Shown one piece after another: positions 39,643 through 47,227 of a stretch of DNA of 60,055 nt. Under the pieces are notes generated by a model. It saw only the letters and a list, made by a program, of their open reading frames with translations. It was not told the DNA's origin and made no database searches. The DNA is taken from positions 1-60,055 of the forward strand of contig JACZRQ010000003.1 in the NCBI GenBank assembly GCA_022574655.1, in the 5' to 3' direction. Every line of letters begins with the position of its first letter. The first letter of the stretch is position 1. The DNA comes from Chloroflexota bacterium. Its GTDB lineage: Bacteria; Chloroflexota; Dehalococcoidia; SM23-28-2; RBG-16-64-32. The position numbers were made by a program, and so were the translations under genes.

Positions 39643-40467
39643 GTGGCTAACCGCTTTACCATCGGCGACCTTGAAGTCTTAGTTGTCTCGGACGGCGAGG
39701 CAAAGGCGCCCGGCACCGTCTACTTTCCCGCCAGTACCAACGAGCAGTGGGAGCGGCACAAGCGCTGGCTGGACCACGAAGGCAACGTCGTTTTTCCCTT
39801 CACCTGTTTCCTGATCCGCTCCGGCGATCGCCGGGTGCTGATCGACACTGGCCTTGGGCCGGCGAAGATGTTCGTCTTCACTGGCGGTGCGCTCATGGAT
39901 GAACTGGCGTCTGCAGGCGTCAAGCCTGAAGACATCGACACCGTCTTCCTCACCCACCTTCACGTGGACCACTGCGGCAACGTCGCCCTGCCCTCGAACG
40001 GCAAGATGACAGCCGCCTTCCCAAACGCGACCTATCGCTGGACGACCGCCGAGCACGAGTTCTGGAAGGATAAGTCCGACATACCGAATCAGGAAATTGA
40101 TCTGCCAGGCATGTTCGAAGCCGTCGCGGGGCGCTTCGAGGCCGCCGACGACGGTGCCGTGATCGCACCCGGCATCAACGTGATGTCCCTCCCCGGACAC
40201 ACTCCTGGACACGCTGGCGTCATCCTCTCTTCGGGCGGCCAGCGAGCGTTCGTGCTCGGTGACGCCATCAGTTGCCCGGTACAACTCGAGGAGACCGAGT
40301 GGTCAGGCATGGGCGACATGGACCCGAAACTCGCTCGCCAATCGCAAGAGGTGGTGCTGCGGGAGGCGGAGGGGGACAACTCGCTCGTTGGCGCCGCCCA
40401 CTTCCCCGGCCTCACTTTCGGCCGGGTTCTACGCGGCGATGGCCGGCGCTACTGGGAGGCTTCGTAG
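39643..40467 (+). CDS. MBL-fold metallo-hydrolase (AiiA/methyl-parathion hydrolase-like)
   Basis: LIDTG, THLHVDH, PGHTPGH, GDA, AHFP; AGGAGG RBS. Confidence 0.9.
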   Translation: MANRFTIGDLEVLVVSDGEAKAPGTVYFPASTNEQWERHKRWLDHEGNVVFPFTCFLIRSGDRRVLIDTGLGPAKMFVFTGGALMDELASAGVKPEDIDTVFLTHLHVDHCGNVALPSNGKMTAAFPNATYRWTTAEHEFWKDKSDIPNQEIDLPGMFEAVAGRFEAADDGAVIAPGINVMSLPGHTPGHAGVILSSGGQRAFVLGDAISCPVQLEETEWSGMGDMDPKLARQSQEVVLREAEGDNSLVGAAHFPGLTFGRVLRGDGRRYWEAS

Positions 40468-40539
40468 GCTTCCCAATCGAAACGTAGTTCGGTATTATTC
40501 TGCTCGGAGCGGGTTCGACCCGCTCCATGTCACACTCAG

Positions 40540-40628
40540 GCCGAAGTGGCGGAACTGGTAGACGCGGCAGACTCAAAATCTGCTGGGGTGTAAGCCTCGT
40601 GTCGGTTCGAGTCCGACCTTCGGCACCA
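40540..40628 (+). tRNA. tRNA-Leu (CAA)
   Basis: GCCGAAG/CTTCGGC acceptor, GCAGA-CTCAAAA-TCTGC anticodon arm, long variable arm, CCA. Confidence 0.96.
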
Positions 40629-40821
40629 TCCTTCAACCGACCTAGTACTGTAGCGGCGCGATTCGTAACGATCTGAGGGCCCCTAGCCGTCCTACTTAGA
40701 TGTAACGTGCGCCATCCGTTACAATGCGACAGGATGTCTCGGGAGCGTAAAGTGTGCTGCGGACACGACCCTCGGAGGTCGAATCTCAGCGTTCGACAAC
40801 GGACAACAGAATAAGGCCGAA

Positions 40822-40895
40822 TGCCGAGTAGTGTAACGGTAGCACACGGGACTTTGAATCCTTTAGTCCAGGTTCGAATCCTGGCTCGGCAGCCA
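40822..40895 (+). tRNA. tRNA-Gln (TTG)
   Basis: TGCCGAG/CTCGGCA acceptor, CTTTGAA anticodon loop, CCAGG-TTCGAAT-CCTGG T-arm, CCA. Confidence 0.93.
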
Positions 40896-40912
40896 GCAGA
40901 TGTCTCACACGC

Positions 40913-40987
40913 TCCCCGGTAGCTCAATGGTAGAGCGAGCGGCTGTTAACCGCTAGGTTGCAAGTTCGAGTCTTGCCCGGGGAGCCA
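40913..40987 (+). tRNA. tRNA-Asn (GTT)
   Basis: TCCCCGG/CCGGGGA acceptor, AGCGG-CTGTTAA-CCGCT anticodon arm, GCAAG-TTCGAGT-CTTGC T-arm, CCA. Confidence 0.96.
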
Positions 40988-41045
40988 ATCGCTTTCTGTA
41001 GGTACGAAATCCGCTCGAAGCGCCTCCAGTACAGGGAGGTTATCC

Positions 41046-41298
41046 ATGCAAACAGCGGGCGGTTTGTCGGGCCTTGTCAGGAGCTTTGAACTGGCCCTGA
41101 GGGTCGAGGGATTGCAGCCCTCTACCAATTGCCATTACGTCAGAGATGTGACGGGGTTCGCGAGCTCAGTTGGCGAGTGCCGTCCCCGTCGGATCAAGGT
41201 CGTGGACATCCGGCAGTACGTGCTCTCGTATCAAGTCGGTCATGCCCCAAAGACAGTGCGTGAGACGTAGCTGGCCCTGCGCCGCGTGTTCTCCCTCG
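41046..41298 (+). pseudogene. Tyrosine integrase N-terminal (SAM-like core-binding) remnant
   Basis: SFELALRVEGLQPST..HY...F...IKVVDIRQYV...APKTVRET*LALRRVFS. In-frame TAG at 41268-41270, no catalytic domain, 58 bp downstream of tRNA-Asn. Confidence 0.72.
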
Positions 41299-42285
41299 CT
41301 AGTAGATCAGAATCATACCTCCCGCGGTAAACCCTGTTGCGCCTCCGATGAGAAGCACTCGGTCGCCTCGCCTCACCGTCCCATTCGACACCAACTCCGC
41401 CAAGCCTATGGGAATTGTAGCCGCAGCTTGATTCCCATAATCAGAGTTGATGTGCACCTTTGTCGCGTCAACGCCAAACTTCTTTTGGACGCTGCGGATC
41501 ATTCGTGGGATCACCTGATGAGGAATAATGTGGTCAATCTCTTCCGCTGTACAGTCTGCCTCTTGAAGCAGGACATCCACCACCGCTGGCAGATACCGCG
41601 AAGCCAACCGGAGTGCCAGCGCTCCATCCATGCGGAAGAACTTCATGTCTGGTGTGAAGTGCGGATCGTCTGGGAGATACCTCAAGCCTCCCCCCTTCAG
41701 CGTCGCTACCTCTAGGTTGCGGCCCAGCGCCTCCGTTTTGATGTAGCTGGCCTCAATTTGACTGGGCCCCAACGTAGGCACCACCAGGGCTGCAGCCGCC
41801 CCGTCGCCGAGCACGATGCTCGATGAGGGATCATCGTAGTCGATCGCCCGGGACGTCTGCTCAGAAGTGACAATTAGGATTGACTTCCGCTTGCCCGATC
41901 GGATGTAGAGATCTGCGATCTCTAGGGCGTTGATGAACGACTGACATCCAACATCTACGTACAGGCACTGGACATCGGGGACACCAAGACGGTTTGCGTA
42001 GATCATAGCGTCTGTGGGGATGCCTTGGTCCCTGGAGCAGGCGGCCGCGATAATCAGGTCGACATCTTGCGCCGGGATCCCCGCTTCTCGAAATACCATC
42101 TGCGCTGCCTTGACTCCCATCTCGGTAGGAAACTCACACGAATTCGCTCGGCGGCGAGATCTCAGCCCTGTCTTGGCTTCGATGGACCCCTTGGGAAGAC
42201 CAAAACGGTCCTCAAAGAACTGATTTGGGACAGCTGTGGCCGGGACATAAGCTTTGATGGCTGCGATCTGGGAACTAGGCTGCAT
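41299..42285 (-). CDS. 3-oxoacyl-ACP synthase III (FabH/KAS III-like) condensing enzyme
   Basis: Cys-His-Asn triad VGCQSF / IPHQ / YGNQAAA, plus LGDGAAA; AGGAGAGG RBS. Confidence 0.88.
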   Translation of the reverse strand: MQPSSQIAAIKAYVPATAVPNQFFEDRFGLPKGSIEAKTGLRSRRRANSCEFPTEMGVKAAQMVFREAGIPAQDVDLIIAAACSRDQGIPTDAMIYANRLGVPDVQCLYVDVGCQSFINALEIADLYIRSGKRKSILIVTSEQTSRAIDYDDPSSSIVLGDGAAAALVVPTLGPSQIEASYIKTEALGRNLEVATLKGGGLRYLPDDPHFTPDMKFFRMDGALALRLASRYLPAVVDVLLQEADCTAEEIDHIIPHQVIPRMIRSVQKKFGVDATKVHINSDYGNQAAATIPIGLAELVSNGTVRRGDRVLLIGGATGFTAGGMILIY

Positions 42286-42493
42286 GTGTCCTCTCCTGTT
42301 AATCTTTTGAGTCTGGCATCATCGTTGGCACAGGGCCCTCGGCTTGAGGTGGAGTCGGTACGGCATCCCTCAGGTCGACGAGGACGCGGTTCGGCTTGCT
42401 TTCGCGCGGCCCCGTTGTTGATCGCCTCAATTTTCTCACGGCTGCGGCGACGATCCTCACGGCAGCGCTGAACGACGAACTCCTACATCGCCA

Positions 42494-42590
42494 TTATGTT
42501 ACTGACGACCAGTGGTATCCTTCTCCCAGCGTCCAGCAAGCGATGTTCACCCCGTCCTTCGTCTTCGGGTTCTGGATGCGTAGCTCTATA
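42494..42590 (-). pseudogene. Decayed N-terminal fragment of an alpha/beta-hydrolase-type regulator/cyclase family protein
   Basis: IELRIQNPKTKDGVNIACWTLGEG resembles the recurring 'MEPRIQYAKT.DGV.IAYWT.GEG' N-terminus; frameshift and stops follow immediately. Confidence 0.5.
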
Positions 42591-42851
42591 GCGGTCATTC
42601 TACGCCATCGCCCCCGAGCTAGGCAGCCTTCGTCCCGCCAACTAAATGATGGGCACGTTTCCGTGTCTGGATAGCGTTTCAATGTGAACGGCAATCAGAA
42701 TCGGCGTTCCCTGTACCTCCTTACGTAGTCCACGTTCGCCGCCGGTGAGGAGAACAAGGGATCACGCCTCATCGGCTGTGACCCCCGTCATAACCGGCAC
42801 ACCCTCGCGCTCGGCAAGATGGAGCCATGGACCGTCAGTAGGAGGACTGTC

Positions 42852-43088
42852 ATGGATTACGAGTTCGAGCGCCAAGCACTAATGGCCGACAGAAGGTGTG
42901 AGCTGGCACACCTCCACCGAGTTGCCGAAGCGCGGGGTCGCAAGCCGCGTGATCCAGCGGAACGTGGTGGACAAGAGGGCTCATCAAAGTTGAACACTCG
43001 CGTGGCCTTCTTCCAGTTGACGACTATGTTTGCGGCGCTTGGGTTGGTCGTGTCTCCTGGTGTAAATCCCAGTACGAACCCTAACTAG
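42852..43088 (+). CDS. Small hypothetical protein with hydrophobic C-terminal segment
   Basis: Strong AGGAGG RBS 6 nt before ATG 42852; MDYEFERQALMADRR...FFQLTTMFAALGLVV. Confidence 0.55.
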   Translation: MDYEFERQALMADRRCELAHLHRVAEARGRKPRDPAERGGQEGSSKLNTRVAFFQLTTMFAALGLVVSPGVNPSTNPN

Positions 43089-43221
43089 TCTTCGTCAGAG
43101 CCTGTACCTCTATCACCCCTTTCCGCGGCTGAGGAGAAAATGGACCCCGTGCGTAAATGACCCGATTGACGCGCTTTTCAAGTTGACTATAATGGCAGGT
43201 ACGCATAGGGGGTGTTGGATA

Positions 43222-43932
43222 GTGATATCAGCGCGGCTGCCTGCGGGTGTCGCCGTGGTTTTGTTGGCCGTTGTGATCGCGGCGCTCGGCGCTGGTCGTT
43301 CTCAAGCGGCTACCATTGACGTCGCTATCGGCGATCTGTGGTTCTGTACGCCTGCCTTCGAGTTCGGCGAGTGTGAGAACGACAGTCTCGGAACGACCAT
43401 CTTCGTCGGCGACATCGTAACGTGGACAAAAACCACGTTCATGACCCATACGGTGAGCGAGTGTACCGACGACACGTTCAGTAGTTGCGACGATGGTTTC
43501 CAGTCGGGGCTGATAGGCGGTCCCACTGGATCGTTCTCCAAGCTTTTCGGCCACGACGACACCTTCTACTACAGATGTAATCTCCATCCAACCCAGATGA
43601 GAGGTCGTATCGTTGTGATTGCTCAGCCAACAGACAGGGACGGCGACACTATCATCGATGAGTTGGACCCTGACGATGATAACGACGGCATTCTTGACGA
43701 TGATGATGACTGTCCGTTTCTAGCTGGCGTCCCTGAGCTGAACGGATGCCCTCCCCCCGGCCCACCTGTGGCGGTCGGCGGCACCGCTGGCCTACTGGAC
43801 GCCGATGACACCGCACCCACCGCAAGCGAACCGCGGAGCGACAACATCGGCATCCTCGCGGCCCTCGCAGGCGTCGTCGGAGCCACGCTCATCGCTGGCG
43901 GATGGTACGCCCGTCGGCGCGTCTTTGAATAA
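43222..43932 (+). CDS. Surface-anchored cupredoxin (plastocyanin/azurin-like) with acidic Ca-binding repeat and C-terminal membrane anchor
   Basis: Signal peptide (...GRSQAA); type-1 Cu ligands THTV...YRCNLHPTQM; DRDGDTIIDELDPDDDNDGILDDDDDCP; PVAVGG...TM...GGWYARRR. Confidence 0.82.
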   Translation: MISARLPAGVAVVLLAVVIAALGAGRSQAATIDVAIGDLWFCTPAFEFGECENDSLGTTIFVGDIVTWTKTTFMTHTVSECTDDTFSSCDDGFQSGLIGGPTGSFSKLFGHDDTFYYRCNLHPTQMRGRIVVIAQPTDRDGDTIIDELDPDDDNDGILDDDDDCPFLAGVPELNGCPPPGPPVAVGGTAGLLDADDTAPTASEPRSDNIGILAALAGVVGATLIAGGWYARRRVFE

Positions 43933-43941
43933 CTACGACCC

Positions 43942-44099
43942 CCTTGGCGCCACGCGGGGGGCGTTTTGATAGACCACTCTCGGTAACGTCCCCCGTGTGG
44001 TGTCTAGCCATCTCCTCGGGGACCTGCCGGCTAGCGAAAAGAATGGGCAGAAAGAGCGAACCCCGCGCCGCTAGTCACTGCGGGGCAATGGCGCCAAGG
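43942..44099 (+). other. Highly structured intergenic element (candidate cis-regulatory RNA/ncRNA or MITE-like element)
   Basis: 20-bp stem 43946-43965/43985-44004 (16 Watson-Crick + 4 G-U), hairpins 44004-44034 and 44061-44085, perfect 11-bp inverted repeat CCTTGGCGCCA/TGGCGCCAAGG. Confidence 0.5.
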
Positions 44100-44214
44100 C
44101 GCGTCCACGATCAGTCGATCGGCAACGTTGAGGCATCGGCAGGGGTCTCGCTCGCCGTCGTAACTCATGCTAAGGGCGTTCGGGTGACATCCGTAGTGCT
44201 AGGATAGTTCTGCC

Positions 44215-45762
44215 GTGGAACCCCAATACATTCTCTCCATCGACCTCGGGACCACTGGTATAAAGGCCGCCTTGGTCGGCGACGGGGGCGAGATCGCAGC
44301 TTCGACCTCTCGCCCTGTTCAGACTATCCTCGTCCCGCCGGACGGTGCGGAGCAGGACGCTCAGGAGATCTGGGATGCGACGAAGAGCGCGATGCAGCAG
44401 GTGATACGAGACGCCTCGCGTCCCGCCGACGAGATTATCGGCGTCGCCGTAGCGAGTCAGTTTTCTTCTGTAGTGGCCGTGGATCGCTCTGGCCATCCCG
44501 TGATGAACCTCATCCTCTGGATGGATGGTCGCGGTGCTTCCTGCGCACGCGACATCTACGGCCGTCATCCCAAGGCGATCGCTACCTGGATCGATGTGCA
44601 CGGCGCTATGCCACTACCGTCCGGGAACGACTCACTATCACACATGCTTTGGGTGAAAGAGGAGCGGCCGGACGTCTACGAGCGAACCCACAAGTTTCTC
44701 GAGCCGATGGATTACCTAACGGCCCGGCTCACGGGCGAGTTCACAGCCAACGCCTGCACCGCCTTCATGATGGTTCTTACCGATAATCGCCAGCTTGATA
44801 ATGTGCGATACGACGAGACGCTGATCGAGATGTCCGGGATGGATCGTGACAAGCTGCCGGACCTCGTACCCGTCCTGTCGCCAGTCGGCGCCATACGGCC
44901 CGATGTCGCGGAAGAGGTTGGGCTCCCGCGCGGCGTACGAGTCCTCTCCGGTCTGAACGACACCCAGGCTGTCGCCGTTGGCGCTGGTACGTTTCGGGCG
45001 GGCAACGGCGGAGTCAACATTGGCACCACCAGTCAGGTGCTCGTCCACGTTGCCCACAAAGCCTCTGATCTTGAGCATTCGATCGTTAGCAGCCCCAGCC
45101 CGATCCGCGGGAGTTATGTGGCTATTGCCGAGAACGGGATCGGCGCGAAAGCGCTGGATCACTTCCTGACCAACGTCATCTTCGCCAGTGATGCCCTCGG
45201 TGACCACCGTGCCGATGATATCTTTGGTCGAGTCGACAGCGTTGTGAAGGACTCACCGCCGGGGAGCGGGAGCCTGTTGTTCTTGCCCTGGCTGGCCGGA
45301 GCCCAGGCCCCCTCCTCGAATCCCAATGCCCGCGGCGGATTCCTCAACCTATCTCTCAACACCACGCGCGCCGACATGGTGCGATCAATCCTGGAGGGGG
45401 TCGCCTACAACCTGCGATGGCTGCTGCCCGCGGTCGAGAAGTTCGCCGGGAACGAATTCGAGCAGCTCCATTTCTCCGGCGGCGCAGCGCTCTCGGACGA
45501 ATGGTCTCAGATTCTCGCTGATGTCATGGACCGTCCGCTTCTTCAGCTTGAGGAACCTCGCCACATCATCACGAGGGCAACCGCCTTTCTTGCGTTTGAG
45601 CGCTTGGGGCTAGTGGAGATGTCGGATTTTCCGAAGATCTGTCGCGTCAAACGTTCCTATGAACCGCAACCTGAGAGGCGTCAAACCTATGACGACTTAT
45701 TCGAACAGTTCTTAGTTGCGTTCGATCGAAACAGGCCGATATTCGATTCACTCAACGCATAG
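44215..45762 (+). CDS. FGGY-family carbohydrate kinase (xylulokinase-like)
   Basis: SIDLGTTGIKA, EQD, ILWMDGR, DYL, IGTT, LFLPWLAG, ILEGVAY, GGAA. Confidence 0.92.
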   Translation: MEPQYILSIDLGTTGIKAALVGDGGEIAASTSRPVQTILVPPDGAEQDAQEIWDATKSAMQQVIRDASRPADEIIGVAVASQFSSVVAVDRSGHPVMNLILWMDGRGASCARDIYGRHPKAIATWIDVHGAMPLPSGNDSLSHMLWVKEERPDVYERTHKFLEPMDYLTARLTGEFTANACTAFMMVLTDNRQLDNVRYDETLIEMSGMDRDKLPDLVPVLSPVGAIRPDVAEEVGLPRGVRVLSGLNDTQAVAVGAGTFRAGNGGVNIGTTSQVLVHVAHKASDLEHSIVSSPSPIRGSYVAIAENGIGAKALDHFLTNVIFASDALGDHRADDIFGRVDSVVKDSPPGSGSLLFLPWLAGAQAPSSNPNARGGFLNLSLNTTRADMVRSILEGVAYNLRWLLPAVEKFAGNEFEQLHFSGGAALSDEWSQILADVMDRPLLQLEEPRHIITRATAFLAFERLGLVEMSDFPKICRVKRSYEPQPERRQTYDDLFEQFLVAFDRNRPIFDSLNA

Positions 45763-45782
45763 CGTGAATAAGGAGGTGCAAT

Positions 45783-47180
45783 GTGGCGAGTAGCAGGAAT
45801 TACCCTTACGCGGAGCGTTACGGCGTGAACAGGCGCTTGCCGGACAAGGGCCGCCCCCGTGACGAGATCCTCAGCGAACTCCGCGAGATCGCCAAGGAAG
45901 AGGACTCGTTCTGGCAGACCGGCAAGTGTTCCGGAACCATGTACTGCGGCGATCTCGAGCACTACGCGTTCATGACCGAGGTCTTCGGTCTTTACTCACA
46001 TGTGAACGCACTGCAGCGCGACATGTGCCCGAGTGAAACACGCTTCGAGGGCGAAATCATCGCCATGACGCTTGATATGCTTCACGCGGAGGCAGCGGGC
46101 TCAGACGCGTCGCCTTGCGGCACAGTCACCTCCGGGGGCACGGATAGCATCCTTCACGCTCTTCTGGCGTACAGGGAGAAGTACCGGGAGGAGCGCGGCA
46201 TCACGCAGCCCCAGATCATCCTTCCCGAGACCGCCCACGCGGCCTTCCACAAAGGTGCACACCTGTTTGGCATCGAGGTCGTACAGGCGCCAATCGACCC
46301 GGAGACAACGCTGGTTGAGCTTGACTTCGTCCGAGACCACATAACCGACCGCACAATCGCGTTGATCGGTTCGGCCTGCAATTACGGCTACGGAACCATA
46401 GACCCGATTAGCGAACTCTCGGACCTGGCGTTGAAGCACGACATCGGTCTTCACGTCGATGGCTGCCTCGGAGGCTTCATACTCCCCTGGGGACAGGAGC
46501 TTGGATACGACATCCCAGTGTTCGATTTCCGCCTGCCCGGCGTGACGAGCATGTCAGCCGACACTCACAAGTACGGCTATGGTCCCAAGGGTGCCTCCGT
46601 CCTTGCCTTCCGCGATCACTCGTTGCGCGAGTATCTCTACTTCATGCTGCAAGACTGGTCCGGCGGGAAGTACATCTCCCCGGGCATCGCCGGAAGTCGG
46701 TCCGGTGGACTGCTCGCGGCGACCTGGTCGTCGATGGTGAGCCTCGGCCGCGAAGGCTACCTCAAGTACGCCAAGCGCATTTTCGAGACCTCGTTCGCCA
46801 TGCAGGATGCGGTTCGGCGTCACGGGGAACTTCGGATTATGGGCGAGCCTACGTTTTGTTTCTCGTTCACATCAGACGCCTTCGACATCTACCACGTGAA
46901 CGATTTCATGCGGGACCATGGTTGGCGGTTCAACGGTCAACAGCACCCCAACGCCATCCACATGTGCGTCACGCGTCCGCAGACGCAGCCCGGCCTCGTC
47001 GACACGTTCGCGAACGATCTCGCGGAAGCCGTCGAGTACGCGAAGAATCCGAAGACCGAGCGCCCGGTCACAGGCGCGATCTACGGAGGTCTTCCAAAGG
47101 GAGTACCCGCAATTCAGGAGGCGGTCAGGAAGACCATGGTAGAGATGCTCAACACCTTCCAGGGCGTTCCCGCCGAGTAG
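45783..47180 (+). CDS. Sphingosine-1-phosphate lyase-like PLP-dependent aldolase/decarboxylase
   Basis: GKCSGTMY, TSGGTDSI, TAHAAFHKG, LHVDGCLGG, PLP lysine SADTHKYG, GSRSGG; AGGAGG RBS before GTG. Confidence 0.85.
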   Translation: MASSRNYPYAERYGVNRRLPDKGRPRDEILSELREIAKEEDSFWQTGKCSGTMYCGDLEHYAFMTEVFGLYSHVNALQRDMCPSETRFEGEIIAMTLDMLHAEAAGSDASPCGTVTSGGTDSILHALLAYREKYREERGITQPQIILPETAHAAFHKGAHLFGIEVVQAPIDPETTLVELDFVRDHITDRTIALIGSACNYGYGTIDPISELSDLALKHDIGLHVDGCLGGFILPWGQELGYDIPVFDFRLPGVTSMSADTHKYGYGPKGASVLAFRDHSLREYLYFMLQDWSGGKYISPGIAGSRSGGLLAATWSSMVSLGREGYLKYAKRIFETSFAMQDAVRRHGELRIMGEPTFCFSFTSDAFDIYHVNDFMRDHGWRFNGQQHPNAIHMCVTRPQTQPGLVDTFANDLAEAVEYAKNPKTERPVTGAIYGGLPKGVPAIQEAVRKTMVEMLNTFQGVPAE

Positions 47181-47226
47181 CATCGTCTGAAGGCCGGGAT
47201 CTTCGGATGAGTTGGGCCTGCTGATG
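47181..47226. terminator. Hairpin between convergent genes (possible bidirectional terminator)
   Basis: CATC..AGGCC..ATC-TTCG-GAT..GGCCT..GATG interrupted stem with a cUUCGg tetraloop; no U-tract. Confidence 0.4.
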
Positions 47227-47227
47227 G

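Noticed and set aside
41268-41270. In-frame TAG as possible pyrrolysine or readthrough
   Set aside because: Similarity ends about 10 codons later at the convergent gene; this is simple pseudogenisation.
44030-44060. GCGAAAAGAATGGGCAGAAAG resembling a c-di-GMP-I riboswitch
   Set aside because: Lacks the GGCAAAC...GACGCAAAG arrangement and matching stems.
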